Assembly (NCBI GenBank): GCA_040881665.1
Contig: JBBECT010000004.1
Location: 117,782 to 181,781, forward strand
Length of the DNA: 64,000 bases
Reading direction: 5' to 3'
Origin: Actinomycetota bacterium
GTDB lineage: Bacteria; Actinomycetota; UBA4738; HRBIN12
Within the stretch, counting starts at the first letter, position 1. The number at the start of each line of letters is the position of its first letter. The position numbers and the translations under genes were made by a program. Shown here in pieces: positions 36,620 through 47,139 of the stretch. A model generated the notes under the pieces. The model worked only from the letters and a program-made list of their open reading frames with translations. It was not told the origin of the DNA and did no database searches.

Positions 36620-37714
36620 ATGGACCGGCACCCTCCCATGGCCATGGCCGACACGAAGACACCTCGTCGAGCGTTGCTCGTCGGCGTGCCGCTGCTCGCG
36701 CTCGCGATCGCGGCCGTCGTCGCCTTCGTCGTATTCCGTGGGCCGCCCCCGGTCCCGATCCGGGTCGACGGGCAGCAGATGCTCGTCGACGAGGGAACGA
36801 CGTTCGGCTCGCTGCTCGCGAGCGAACACCTCGAGGCACGGAACGGGCGGCTGCTCGACGTCGATGGCGGGATCCTGCAGCGACGGCACGACCCGGGACG
36901 GATCCTCCTGAACGGGCTCGAACCGCCCTCGCGTGGGGTCCTGCTCGCCGACGGTGATCGGATCGACGTCCTCGACGGCAAGGACGAGACCGAACCCACG
37001 GTCCGCACGACCCGCCGTCTCGGAACGCTCCAGGCACCCAACCCCGCCCGCACACTCGGTCGCGGACCGTCCGACATCACCACCGTTCGCGGGCAGCTCT
37101 CGAACCTGCTCGTTCGCTCGACGATCCGGCGGGTCGGCCCGATCGAGCAACCGAACGCGGTCGCGCTCACCTTCGACGACGGACCGTGGCCGAACCACAC
37201 CGCGAAGATCCTCTCGATCCTCGAGCGCATGAAGGTGAAGGCGACCTTCTTCGTCGTCGGTTCCTGGGCCGAGCGCTACCCGATGCTCGTCCGCCGTGCG
37301 CGGGCGATGGGCATGCAGATCGGCAGCCATTCCTGGTCGCATCCCTACGATCCCCCGTTCGACTCCCTGCCGACCCAGAAGGTGGAACGCGAGATCGCCG
37401 ACACCGATGCACTCCTGGACCGGCTCGGGATCCACACGGGCCTGTTCCGGCCACCGGGCGGAAGCTGGGACGCCGAGGTTCGCGACATCGCCCGGTCGTA
37501 CGGGATGCGCCTGGTCCTGTGGGACGTCGATCCGCACGACTGGATGGCGAAGACCTCCCCGAAGGAGCTGGTGAAGACCGTGCTCGCCCGGGTGCGGCCG
37601 GGATCGGTGATCCTGCTGCACGACGGCGGTGGAGATGCAGCCACCACGATCGAGGCGCTCCCCGAGATCATCGCGGGCATCCGCAAGAAGGGACTGGGGT
37701 TCACAACCCTGTAG
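36620..37714 (+). CDS. polysaccharide deacetylase (NodB-homology domain) with an N-terminal transmembrane anchor
   Basis: NodB motifs TFDDGP and HSWSHP. In-frame ATG at 36620; alternative starts at 36539 or 36638. Confidence 0.7.
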   Translation: MDRHPPMAMADTKTPRRALLVGVPLLALAIAAVVAFVVFRGPPPVPIRVDGQQMLVDEGTTFGSLLASEHLEARNGRLLDVDGGILQRRHDPGRILLNGLEPPSRGVLLADGDRIDVLDGKDETEPTVRTTRRLGTLQAPNPARTLGRGPSDITTVRGQLSNLLVRSTIRRVGPIEQPNAVALTFDDGPWPNHTAKILSILERMKVKATFFVVGSWAERYPMLVRRARAMGMQIGSHSWSHPYDPPFDSLPTQKVEREIADTDALLDRLGIHTGLFRPPGGSWDAEVRDIARSYGMRLVLWDVDPHDWMAKTSPKELVKTVLARVRPGSVILLHDGGGDAATTIEALPEIIAGIRKKGLGFTTL

Positions 37715-37771
37715 CCGGTCCCGCTGCACGTGCGGGCGTCGGGTTCTTTCGCGGACGGTAGCATCGCCACC

Positions 37772-38203
37772 ATGGGAACCGAGCGCGCGGACGCGGAGAG
37801 ACCCGAACGGCTGGTCATGCTCTACGACGAGGACTGCGGGCTCTGCCGGTGGATCACCGATCGCGTCCTCGACTGGGATCGTCGCGGGCGCGTCCGGGCC
37901 GCGCCGATCCAAGGGGCCGAAGGGGATCGGCTGCTGGCTGCGATCCCGCCGGAGCGACGCATCGGATCGATGCATGCGGTGAGGACCGACGGGACGCTGA
38001 CCTCGGCCGGACGCGCGGTCGCCTCGGTGCTCCACGAGGTTCCCCTCGGCGAGCCGTTCGCGTGGCTCGCCGATCGCGCGCCGTCGCTCACCGAACGGCT
38101 CTACCGTCTCGCAGCCGACCACCGCACGTGTCTCGGCGGCGTCGTCGGTGCCGAGGCGTGCGCCGTCGATCCTCAGCGCCGCCGCACCCCACCCCCCGCA
38201 TAG
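37772..38203 (+). CDS. thiol-disulfide oxidoreductase, DCC family (DUF393)
   Basis: YDEDCGLCRW motif. ATG at 37772; the track ORF starts at 37730. Confidence 0.6.
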   Translation: MGTERADAERPERLVMLYDEDCGLCRWITDRVLDWDRRGRVRAAPIQGAEGDRLLAAIPPERRIGSMHAVRTDGTLTSAGRAVASVLHEVPLGEPFAWLADRAPSLTERLYRLAADHRTCLGGVVGAEACAVDPQRRRTPPPA

Positions 38204-38221
38204 CTGCGCGACGAAGCGCGC

Positions 38222-39157
38222 TCATCGGAGCGCGGCGAACACCTCCGCGAGGACGTCGAGCCGCACCGTCGCACCGTCCTCGTCCTCGATCACCTGCACG
38301 CAGACGTGATCGGCACCCGCGTCCAGATGGGCTCGGACGCGCTCGACGATCGCGTCGACCCCACCCCACGCCATCGTCGCTTCCAGGAGTCGGTCACTCC
38401 CCGGGGAACGCACGTCGTCGTCGCTGAAGCCGAGCCGTCGCAGGTTGTCGGCGTAGTTCGGCAACTCCAAGTAGTGGCGCGCCCACGATCGGGCGACCTC
38501 CAGCGCTCGATCCCCGTCCGCCAGCGGGATCACCGTCTGCTCGACCGCCAGGAACGGATCGGGGCCCAGCGCCCGACGAGCGACCTCTGTGTGCGCGACG
38601 GGAACGAAGTAGGAATGCGCTCCCGCGGTCTGTGCAGCCGCCAGCCCGAGCATGCGGGGACCGAGCGCGGCGAGCAGCAGGGGGACGGGCGGCTCGGGTT
38701 GCGGACCCCCGTAGGGTGCCTCGGCGATCGCCTCAACGTACCCGGCCATGCGGGTGAAGGGCCGCTCCCAGGTGGAACCACGCGGCGCCGCGGAGTAACC
38801 GTGACCGGCGCCGACCCCGAGGATGAAGCGGCCCGGGTAGGCCTCGCCCAGGGTGCGCGCACCGCTCGCCGCCGCCTGGGGATCGCGGGCCCACATGTTC
38901 GCGATCCCCGTCGCGACGACCAGCCGGTCGGTCGAACTGAGCAGGTGGCCGGCGTGTGCGAGCGCCTCCTTGCTCCCAGAGCCCTCGGGGATCCACAGCA
39001 CGGGGAACCCCTGGTCTTCGATCGCCCGTGCCGTCGCCGCCTCGTCATCCGCGGACATCACGTCGAACGCGAAGCTCCACACGCCGATCGGACCGATCGT
39101 CCGCCGCAGACGACCGCGGGCCGCCTCGAGTTCCGGGTCGGAGAGCACCTGCCCCAT
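38222..39157 (-). CDS. LLM-class F420-dependent oxidoreductase (luciferase-like monooxygenase family)
   Basis: TIM-barrel LLM signature regions. Start M is residue 9 of track ORF 38222..39181. Confidence 0.75.
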   Translation of the reverse strand: MGQVLSDPELEAARGRLRRTIGPIGVWSFAFDVMSADDEAATARAIEDQGFPVLWIPEGSGSKEALAHAGHLLSSTDRLVVATGIANMWARDPQAAASGARTLGEAYPGRFILGVGAGHGYSAAPRGSTWERPFTRMAGYVEAIAEAPYGGPQPEPPVPLLLAALGPRMLGLAAAQTAGAHSYFVPVAHTEVARRALGPDPFLAVEQTVIPLADGDRALEVARSWARHYLELPNYADNLRRLGFSDDDVRSPGSDRLLEATMAWGGVDAIVERVRAHLDAGADHVCVQVIEDEDGATVRLDVLAEVFAALR

Positions 39158-39208
39158 CGGCCCCGACCCTATCGTCCTCACGATCGCGGCGCGTGAACCG
39201 CGCGCCCC

Positions 39209-41548
39209 CTAGACCCGGTCGTCGGTCTTCACGGCCCGTTCCGCCTGACCGTTGCCGGCCCGATCCGGCCCCCCACCGGTGACGGTGGGGGGCAGGGTGG
39301 GCTCGTGGCCCTCGACGCTCACCGTGGGGATCCACTCGAGCCAGCGCGGGAAGTACCAGTTGCGGTCCCCGAGGAGCTTCATGCTCGCCGGCACGAGGAC
39401 CGATCGAACGATCGTCGCATCCATGAAGACCGCGACCGCGAGCCCGAACCCCATCTGCTGGAGCGGTACGAGCCGGCCCGCCGCGAACGCGGTGAACACC
39501 ACGACCATGATCAGCGCGGCTCCGGTGATGATGCCGGCCGTCGTCCGCAAACCGTAGGCGACCGCCTCGTCGTTGTCGCCGGTCTTGTCGTACTCCTCCC
39601 GGATCCGGCTCAGCAGGAACACGTGATAGTCCATCGACAGACCGAACAGGATCGAGAACAGCAGCAGCGGGATCCAGGCCTCGATCGCCTCGACCTGCTG
39701 GAACTGGAACCCGATCGCGTTGAACGCGCCGATACCGAATCCGTGCTGGAACACGAGCACGATCGCGCCGTAGGCTGCACCGACCGACAGCAGGTTCATG
39801 ATGACGGCCTTGATCGGCACGACGATCGAGCGGAACACGACCATCAGCAACAGGAAAGACATCCCGAGGACGAACGCGAGCACGATCGGTTGATAGGAGT
39901 CGGCCACCGAGAGGAAGTCCGCGAAGAACGCCGGGGTTCCGCCGACGAGCACGAGCGTTCCCGTATCGCCGAACGCCGCCGGCACGGCACGATCGCGGAG
40001 GTCCGACACGGCCTCGAACGTCTCGAGCGCGAAGGCGTCCCCGGCCGGGATCGCCTGGACGACCGCCGCCTGCCCGTCGTCGGCGGGAACGACCTCGCTG
40101 CCCTCGGCGAAAGCATCGATGCCGGCGATCTCCTCCTGGAGGGCGGCGATCGACTCCGCGATCGCAGGGTCCTGCACATCGCCCTCGACGTAGATCTGCA
40201 CGGGGTCGGTCCGGCCGCCCGCGGAGAACTCCTGCGAGAGAACCTGGAACGCGCGCTTGGATTCGACGTCGTCCGGCAACGACGCGGCGCTCTGCGTCGT
40301 TCCCTCGTCGATCGTGAAGTAGATCGCTCCGAGACCGCCGAGGATCGCGACCGAGACCACGAGGCTGAGGACCGGCGCGCGCATCACCCCGCGGGTGAAG
40401 CGGTCCCAGAAGCCACCCTGGGGATCGGGGTCACCGAGCTGGCGCGATCGCCGGGTCAGGCGCGGCCAGTTGATCCGGTCCTTGAGCAGGGACAACATCG
40501 CCGGGAGCAGCGTCAGCGACGCGAGCATCGAAGCGAGGACGACGAGGATCGCACCGGCCGCCATGCTGCGGAAGATCGTGGTCGGGATCAGGAACATGCC
40601 GAGCAGCGCGAACACGACCGTGAGTCCGCTGAAGAAGACCGCGCGGCTCGCGGTTGCCCCCGTCGCGCCGATCGCACCCATCGGATCGAACCCCTTGCGA
40701 CGCTCCTCGCGATAGCGCGCGACGATGAACAGGGAATAGTCGATCCCGACCGCCAGACCGATCATCGTCGCCATGTTCTGCGTGAAGATGTTGAACTCGA
40801 ACAGTTGCCCGATCAGTGCGACGGCACCGAGGGCCATCGGGATCGAGACGAACGCGATCGAGATCGGGAGCAGCGCGGCGAGCAGGGCGCCGAAGACCAC
40901 GATCAGCACGAGCAGGGCGAACAGCAGCCCGATGCCCTCTCCCTTGCGCAGGTCCTCCTCCGCGATCTCGGTCGTGTCGGCGTTCAGGGTCGCGGGGCCC
41001 GCGAGCAGCAGTTCGAACCCCGCCTGCTCGTGCTCCTCGATCACGCCCTTGAGCGCGTCGACGACCTCCGCCGTGTTGTCGGCGATCGGCACGAGGATCA
41101 GCGTTCCGTCCCCACCGGTCGAGACCAGGCTCGCCGCACGTTGCTCGAGCGCCTGCGCCTCTTGCGGTGTCGCAGCCTGTTGGGCGGCACCCTGCAGGTC
41201 GTAGACCGTCACGACGTCGCCGCCGACAACCTCGTCGCCGAGGGCGCCGATCGAGGTCTGCACGTCGGACACGTACGAGGTGAACGTGGGGTCATCGACC
41301 GGGGTGCCGTTGCCGAGGACGACGAAGAACTCGGTGTCCTGTTCCTCCCCGGTCACGTTGGCTTCGATCAGCTCGCCCGCGCGAACCGACTCGGGGTCGT
41401 TCGTGAACTCGATGTCCGGCGTGAGCACGTCGCCGAGCAGGGCGGAGGACGCAGTGCCGAATGCAACGACCGCGACCACCCAGATCGTGATCGTTCGCCA
41501 GGGGTGTCGCGCGCTCGCGCGCGCCATCGTCTCGGGGTTCAGGCGCAT
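39209..41548 (-). CDS. MMPL-family RND-superfamily transporter, about 770 aa
   Basis: Two transmembrane bundles (2 x 6 helices) separated by soluble domains. Divergent from a TetR regulator. Confidence 0.85.
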   Translation of the reverse strand: MRLNPETMARASARHPWRTITIWVVAVVAFGTASSALLGDVLTPDIEFTNDPESVRAGELIEANVTGEEQDTEFFVVLGNGTPVDDPTFTSYVSDVQTSIGALGDEVVGGDVVTVYDLQGAAQQAATPQEAQALEQRAASLVSTGGDGTLILVPIADNTAEVVDALKGVIEEHEQAGFELLLAGPATLNADTTEIAEEDLRKGEGIGLLFALLVLIVVFGALLAALLPISIAFVSIPMALGAVALIGQLFEFNIFTQNMATMIGLAVGIDYSLFIVARYREERRKGFDPMGAIGATGATASRAVFFSGLTVVFALLGMFLIPTTIFRSMAAGAILVVLASMLASLTLLPAMLSLLKDRINWPRLTRRSRQLGDPDPQGGFWDRFTRGVMRAPVLSLVVSVAILGGLGAIYFTIDEGTTQSAASLPDDVESKRAFQVLSQEFSAGGRTDPVQIYVEGDVQDPAIAESIAALQEEIAGIDAFAEGSEVVPADDGQAAVVQAIPAGDAFALETFEAVSDLRDRAVPAAFGDTGTLVLVGGTPAFFADFLSVADSYQPIVLAFVLGMSFLLLMVVFRSIVVPIKAVIMNLLSVGAAYGAIVLVFQHGFGIGAFNAIGFQFQQVEAIEAWIPLLLFSILFGLSMDYHVFLLSRIREEYDKTGDNDEAVAYGLRTTAGIITGAALIMVVVFTAFAAGRLVPLQQMGFGLAVAVFMDATIVRSVLVPASMKLLGDRNWYFPRWLEWIPTVSVEGHEPTLPPTVTGGGPDRAGNGQAERAVKTDDRV

Positions 41549-41591
41549 CCGGTTCCTCTCCTTCGGTGATCGACGTGCAGGAACGTACGCG

Positions 41592-41601
41592 GTAAGCTTA
41601 C
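41592..41601. promoter_or_regulatory. palindrome GTAAGCTTAC (with a second cgtaagct half-copy 26 nt downstream) in the MMPL/TetR divergent intergenic region, candidate TetR operator
   Basis: Perfect 10-bp palindrome at 41592-41601 and a repeated CGTAAGCT at about 41626-41633. This is the classic position for a TetR autoregulatory operator. Confidence 0.4.
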
Positions 41602-41615
41602 GGTGTCAGTCAGTA

Positions 41616-41621
41616 TAGGCT
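41616..41621 (+). promoter_or_regulatory. candidate -10 element TAGGCT (GTATAGGCTGAC) upstream of the TetR gene at 41660/41681
   Basis: Recurring motif, embedded in the palindromic operator region. Confidence 0.3.
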
Positions 41622-41680
41622 GACGACGTAAGCTGTCAAACACGCTGCAGCACTGGCTGTTGGGAACGAGAGGCGACCCC

Positions 41681-42373
41681 GTGACCGACCGACCCGCGAC
41701 GATCGCTGAAGAAGCGGCCCCGAGGGCACCGCTGACCCGGGAGCGGATCGTGATCGCCGGACTCTACGTCATGAACACCGAAGGACTCGAGGCGGTAACG
41801 ATGCGCCGGCTCGGACGCCGGCTCAGCGTCGAGGCGATGTCCCTGTACCACCATGTGCAGGACAAGGACGATCTGCTCACCGCGATGAGCGAGCAGATCC
41901 TCCGCGAGATGGACGTTCCACAGGATCCGGGCGGAGATCCCCTCGAGCAGCTGCGCGTCCTCTCCCAGAGCTTTCGGCGGGTCCTGCTCGCCTACCCGGA
42001 GGGAGTCAAGCTGTTCACGGCCAGCCGCGCCCCGTTCCGGAGTCCCGAGGCGCTGCGGCCGATTGACCGGACGCTGGCCGTGCTCCAACGTACGGGACTG
42101 TCGGATCAGGACGTGGTCAACGCCTACTGCCTGTTCGTGGGCTACACGCTGGGCTTCGTGACCAACGAGGTCAGCGGATTCCTGTCGAGCGAAGCACAGA
42201 CGCGGAAGGCCGCCACGACCGAAGACGTGCTCGCTGCGATGTCCGAGGCGTTCCCCTCGCTCGCGAGGTTCCTTCCCTCGATGGCCGATCGTGACCCCGA
42301 GGCGAACTTCGCGTTCGGGCTCGAGGTGATCCTCGGCGGGATCGCCGAGCGTGTGGCCCGTTCCGACGGATGA
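41681..42373 (+). CDS. TetR-family transcriptional regulator
   Basis: HTH region RERIVIAGLYVMNTEGLEAVTMRRLGRRLSV. GTG at 41681 with a GAGAGG ribosome-binding site 7 nt upstream; the alternative start is TTG at 41660. Confidence 0.7.
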   Translation: MTDRPATIAEEAAPRAPLTRERIVIAGLYVMNTEGLEAVTMRRLGRRLSVEAMSLYHHVQDKDDLLTAMSEQILREMDVPQDPGGDPLEQLRVLSQSFRRVLLAYPEGVKLFTASRAPFRSPEALRPIDRTLAVLQRTGLSDQDVVNAYCLFVGYTLGFVTNEVSGFLSSEAQTRKAATTEDVLAAMSEAFPSLARFLPSMADRDPEANFAFGLEVILGGIAERVARSDG

Positions 42374-42422
42374 GCGCCAGGTGACGGGAACCGGGTCGGG
42401 TCCCCGTCTCGTCCAACGACCC

Positions 42423-43280
42423 ATGCGCCCGACCATACGCATCCTCCCGGTCCTGATCGCCGGTGCGCTCGTGCTGGCCGCCTGTGGTTCCGTCCCGACC
42501 GGGGACGGTGGCACGGAGACGATCGACCATCCGACGGGCGCCGGCGACCTCGTGCTCCGGGTGAGCACCGAGGGCGGGTTCGTCCCTGTGGACTACGCGC
42601 TCTCGGCGGTGCCGGGTTTCTCCTTGATGGGCGACGGAACGATGATCGTCACCGGTCCGCAGATCGAGATCTACCCCCCACCGGCGATGACGCCTCTCGT
42701 GCAGCGATCGATCGACGAGGCGGGGGTGCAGGCGATCCTGCAGCGAGCCGAGGCGGCCGGACTGCTCGGACAGGATCGCTCGTACACCTCGATGCAGGTG
42801 ACCGACGCCCCCACCACGACCTTCACCGTCGTCGCCGGTGGAAAGGCCCACGTCGTCTCGGTCTACGCGCTCGGCATCGGCGACGACGCATCGGGCATGT
42901 CCGAGAGCGAGCGGCGGGACCGGCGTGCCCTCGGCGACCTCCAGAACGACCTGTTCGACCTGCAGCGTTGGTTGCCCGACGGCTCGATCGGTCCCGAGGT
43001 CCCCTTCACGCCGGCGGCCGTCCGCCTGTTCGTCGGGCGCTACCGGGGCGACGCCCAGGTCCCACAAGAATCGGTGCCCTGGCCCCTCGACGAGCCGCTG
43101 TCGGAGATCGCGGTCACCCCCGTTCCCGGCGGGTTCTCCTGCGGGGTCGTCGAGGGCGCGAACCTCGAAGCCGTTCTGCCCGAGCTCGACCGGGCGACGA
43201 CGCTCACCCCCTGGGTCAGTGACGGAAGGCGCTCCGCGCTGATCCCACGGCCGATGCTTCCCGACGAGCGCGGCTGCTAG
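42423..43280 (+). CDS. hypothetical lipoprotein, 285 aa
   Basis: LVLAAC lipobox after a hydrophobic signal. ATG at 42423. Confidence 0.55.
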   Translation: MRPTIRILPVLIAGALVLAACGSVPTGDGGTETIDHPTGAGDLVLRVSTEGGFVPVDYALSAVPGFSLMGDGTMIVTGPQIEIYPPPAMTPLVQRSIDEAGVQAILQRAEAAGLLGQDRSYTSMQVTDAPTTTFTVVAGGKAHVVSVYALGIGDDASGMSESERRDRRALGDLQNDLFDLQRWLPDGSIGPEVPFTPAAVRLFVGRYRGDAQVPQESVPWPLDEPLSEIAVTPVPGGFSCGVVEGANLEAVLPELDRATTLTPWVSDGRRSALIPRPMLPDERGC

Positions 43281-43530
43281 TCCCGCGCGGACGCGTTCGC
43301 GCAGGTCACGTCCGTTGCTTCGGCCGGGGGTCCCGCGGGCAGGAGAGGTGCGCAGGTCGAACGGTCTCCCCCGGCTCCGCCCGAACCGCTAGGCCGCCTC
43401 ACCTGCACAAACCCCCCGCTCACCCCTGAACGGCCCGTCAAGGCGGGCTCGGAGGGGGCCGATACGAATCACAGCACGCACGAGGCGTCGTGTGCGCTGC
43501 GACGTACCGGAAGAGGGAAAAGGCGACTGC

Positions 43531-45789
43531 ATGGCGGCGGAGATGCCCGAACCCGGCGCAGCCGGAGATCCACAGATCGACATCGTGTCGCTCCCGATCG
43601 GGGGGCCGGCGCTGGAGCCCGTGAGTGCGGAGACCTCGCCGCAGGAGCTCACCGACCTCGTCGCCACGCTCCAGCAGCGCTACCGAGCACTGGCTGAGCG
43701 CCTGCCCGCGATCGTCTACGTCGACGAGATCAACGACATCTCCTCGAACCTCTACACGAGTCCTCAGACACTCGAGGTGCTCGGGATCACCCAGCACGAG
43801 TGGATGTCGGACCCCGACCTGTGGTTGAACATGCTCCACGACGACGATCGCCCCCGGGTGATCGTTGAGCACGAGCGTTCGAACGCGACGGGCGAGGACT
43901 TCGCTATCGAGTACCGGCTCCGGGCACGCGACGGCCATTGGGTCTGGATCCGCGATCACGCGGTGCAGATCCGAGACACCACGGGCCGGGCGAAGTACTG
44001 GCAGGGCGTGATGCTCGACGTGACCGACCTGAAGGAGGCGCAGCGCCAGCTCGCCGAGACTCAGAAGAAGTACAAGGCGATCGTGGAGGACATCCCCGCG
44101 ATCGTCTACATCGACGAGATCGACGATGCGATGACGACCTCGTTCGTGAGTCCCCAGATCGAGGAGCTGCTGGGGGTGACGCCCCGGGAGTACACCGACG
44201 ATCCGGAGCTCTGGTTCCGGATGCTGCATCCCGACGACCGTGACGAGACGTTGGCGCGCTACGTGGCGGGTCGTGACTCGGGCGAGAGCTTCGAGTTCGA
44301 GTACCGGCTGATCGGCCGCGAGGGACAGATCGTGTGGTTCCGCGACTCCGCGGTCGTGATCCGCGACGAGAACGGAGCTCCCGCGCAGGTCCAGGGCGTG
44401 ATGCTGGACATGACCGAGCGCAAGGAGGCCGAGGACAAGGCCGCCTTCCTCGCCTACCACGACAAGCTCACGGGCCTGCCGAACCGGGTCATGTTCGAGG
44501 AGCTCCTCGAGCTCGCGATCGCCCGTGCCCGCCGGCACGAGGCTGCGGTCGCCGTGGTGACGACCGACCTGGACGACTTCAAGCTCGTGAACGACTCACT
44601 GGGCCACGAGGCGGGCGACGAGCTGCTCCGCCAGCTCGCGGATCGTCTGCGTGAGGCCACCCGCGAGACCGACCTCGTCGCCCGTCAGGGTGGAGACGAA
44701 TTCCTCCTGCTCCTGTCCGACCTCGACCGGACGCCCGATGGGGTCGCGGAGATCGGCGACAGCGCCACGATCGTCGCAGAATCGGTCGCTGCGCGCGTGC
44801 AGCAAGCCTTGGACGACCCGTTCCTGCTCGACGGCACGGAGGTCTACGTCTCGGCGAGCGTGGGGGTGAGCCTGTTCCCGGCAGATGCCCAGGACGCAGG
44901 GACCCTGCTGAAGCACGCCGACCAAGCGATGCACCAAAGCAAGCGCATCGGCCCGGGCGGGATGTCGTTCCACACCGAGGACGAGGGCGACGCGATGACC
45001 CGCCTGTCGCTGACCACGCGTCTGCGCAAGGCCGTCGAGCAACAGGACTGGGAGCTGCATTATCAGCCGATCGTCGATCTGGACCGAGCGGAGATGGTCG
45101 GCGTCGAGGCCCTGATCCGCTGGCCCGATCCGAACGGCGGCCTGATCCCGCCCGGCGAGTTCATCCCGCTCGCCGAGGAGATGGGTCTGATCGAGGCGAT
45201 CGGTGACTGGGTCGTCGAGGAGGTGGCGCGCCAGGACACGATCTGGCGCGACCACGACCTTCGGCTCGAGCTCGGATTCAACCTCTCGCCGCGGCAGATG
45301 TGGCAGCCCGACCTCGCCGAGAAGATCATGAACCGCCTCGAGGCCACCGGTGTCGAGCCCGGCAACGTGGTCGTGGAGATCACCGAGTCGACGGCGATGA
45401 TCGACCCGGACCGGACGCAGCGGATCCTCAACGAGTTGCACGACCGCGGGCTACGCCTCGCGATCGACGACTTCGGTACGGGCTACTCGTCCCTGTCACG
45501 GCTGAAGCACCTGCCGGTCGACATCCTGAAGATCGACCGCGCGTTCGTGCGGGACGTCGACAAGGATCGCAACGCGGGGAGCATGGTCTCGGCGATGATC
45601 GCGCTGGCCGGCTCCCTGGGGATGACCCCGCTCGCCGAGGGCATCGAGACCGAGGAGGAATGGAAGTTCCTGCTCGACCACGGCTGCCTGCTCGGACAGG
45701 GCTTCTACTTCTCCAAGCCCGTCCCGGCCGAGGACATCACCGCTCGCCACCGGCGCCAGGGGATGCGCGTCGTCGACGCGACCGCCTGA
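43531..45789 (+). CDS. PAS-PAS-GGDEF-EAL signalling protein (diguanylate cyclase/phosphodiesterase)
   Basis: Two PAS/PAC units, an intact GGDEF motif (RQGGDEFLLL) and an EAL motif (EALIRWP). ATG at 43531 with AAGAGGGAAAAGG upstream. Confidence 0.85.
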   Translation: MAAEMPEPGAAGDPQIDIVSLPIGGPALEPVSAETSPQELTDLVATLQQRYRALAERLPAIVYVDEINDISSNLYTSPQTLEVLGITQHEWMSDPDLWLNMLHDDDRPRVIVEHERSNATGEDFAIEYRLRARDGHWVWIRDHAVQIRDTTGRAKYWQGVMLDVTDLKEAQRQLAETQKKYKAIVEDIPAIVYIDEIDDAMTTSFVSPQIEELLGVTPREYTDDPELWFRMLHPDDRDETLARYVAGRDSGESFEFEYRLIGREGQIVWFRDSAVVIRDENGAPAQVQGVMLDMTERKEAEDKAAFLAYHDKLTGLPNRVMFEELLELAIARARRHEAAVAVVTTDLDDFKLVNDSLGHEAGDELLRQLADRLREATRETDLVARQGGDEFLLLLSDLDRTPDGVAEIGDSATIVAESVAARVQQALDDPFLLDGTEVYVSASVGVSLFPADAQDAGTLLKHADQAMHQSKRIGPGGMSFHTEDEGDAMTRLSLTTRLRKAVEQQDWELHYQPIVDLDRAEMVGVEALIRWPDPNGGLIPPGEFIPLAEEMGLIEAIGDWVVEEVARQDTIWRDHDLRLELGFNLSPRQMWQPDLAEKIMNRLEATGVEPGNVVVEITESTAMIDPDRTQRILNELHDRGLRLAIDDFGTGYSSLSRLKHLPVDILKIDRAFVRDVDKDRNAGSMVSAMIALAGSLGMTPLAEGIETEEEWKFLLDHGCLLGQGFYFSKPVPAEDITARHRRQGMRVVDATA

Positions 45790-45840
45790 GGTCGTTCCCG
45801 ACCTACCGGACCCGACCGCCTCCCGCGTACGCTACGGGGC

Positions 45841-47139
45841 ATGCCGATCGCCTACGAACAGATCGAGGCGGAGAACCGGATCCTGCACCGTGTGATCGAG
45901 ACGATCTCGTCCAGCCTCGACCTCGATATCGTGCTCGACGAGACGATCGACCTCGTGATGGCCGCCACGCGCGGCGACGCCTGCTTCCTCCATCTCTACG
46001 ACGAGCAGCGGCAGGTGCTCACGCTGCGCGCCGCCTCGGAAGGCTTCCGGGGTGCGGTCGACCAGGTCGTGCTCGGGATCGGCGAAGGCGTCGCGGGCTG
46101 GGTCGCCGAGCACCGCGAGGTCGTGATCATCCCGGAGAACAAGTTCTCCGACCCGCGCTACAAATACATCCCCGAGTTGCGGGGTGAGCAGTTCACCTCC
46201 CTGTTGTCGGTGCCGCTCGTCTCCCGCAGCGGCTCGCTCGTCGGCGCGTTCAACGTCCATGCACGGGAGCGTCGCGACTTCTCCGACCGGGACGTCGAGT
46301 TCCTCCGTTCGACCTCCTCGCTCGTCGCCGCCGCGATCGAGCACGCGAACGTGTTCCGAGCTCTCGAGGAGAAGGAGGGAGCACTCGCAGACCTCGTCCG
46401 GCGAACGATCGAAACGCAGGAAGAGGAGCGGCGGCGGCTCGCCAGCGAGATCCACGACGGCGTGACCCAGCAGCTCGTTTCCGCCTGGTACCGGCTCCAG
46501 GCGCTTCGCCGCCACATGGGCGACCCCGAACGCGCCGAGACCGAGCTCGCACGAGCCCAGGAGATGGTCGACGCGGCGCTCGAGGAGGCGCGGTGGGCGA
46601 TCCAGGACCTGCGTCCGACCACGCTGGACGACCTCGGCCTCGGGCCGGCGCTCAAGGCACTCGTCGCGCGCTCGCTCGAGGACGAGACCGCGTTCGAGCT
46701 CGACGTCGACGACGCGATCACGCTCCCGAACCACCACGAGGTCGCCGTCTATCGGATCTGCCAGGAGGCGCTGAACAACGTGTGGAAGCACGCGGACGCC
46801 TCGCACGTCGCGGTCACCCTGACGGTCGAGAACGAACAGGTGCTGCTGCGCGTGACCGACGACGGAACGGGATTCGACGTTCGCGACTATCGGTCGAGGC
46901 GCCCCGAGACGTCGTTCGGTCTGCTCGGCATGTCCGAACGCGCCGACCTGATCGGCGGACGCATCGACGTCCGCAGCCGCCCGGGGGACGGAACCATCCT
47001 CGAGCTCCGCGTCCCGCAGCCACCGCCTGCCGATCCGCCGCCGGCATCCGGGCGACGGTCCCCCGCCGAGCACCCACAGCGACCCGGCCGGTCGCGCGAG
47101 GACGGGCGGAGCGAAGTGCAGGGGTGGAACGCGACATGA
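45841..47139 (+). CDS. GAF-domain sensor histidine kinase (HisKA_3/NarX-family)
   Basis: GAF domain, then the H-box EIHDGVTQ, then the HATPase_c domain (GFDVRDYRSRRPETSFGLLGMSERADLIGG). Confidence 0.85.
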   Translation: MPIAYEQIEAENRILHRVIETISSSLDLDIVLDETIDLVMAATRGDACFLHLYDEQRQVLTLRAASEGFRGAVDQVVLGIGEGVAGWVAEHREVVIIPENKFSDPRYKYIPELRGEQFTSLLSVPLVSRSGSLVGAFNVHARERRDFSDRDVEFLRSTSSLVAAAIEHANVFRALEEKEGALADLVRRTIETQEEERRRLASEIHDGVTQQLVSAWYRLQALRRHMGDPERAETELARAQEMVDAALEEARWAIQDLRPTTLDDLGLGPALKALVARSLEDETAFELDVDDAITLPNHHEVAVYRICQEALNNVWKHADASHVAVTLTVENEQVLLRVTDDGTGFDVRDYRSRRPETSFGLLGMSERADLIGGRIDVRSRPGDGTILELRVPQPPPADPPPASGRRSPAEHPQRPGRSREDGRSEVQGWNAT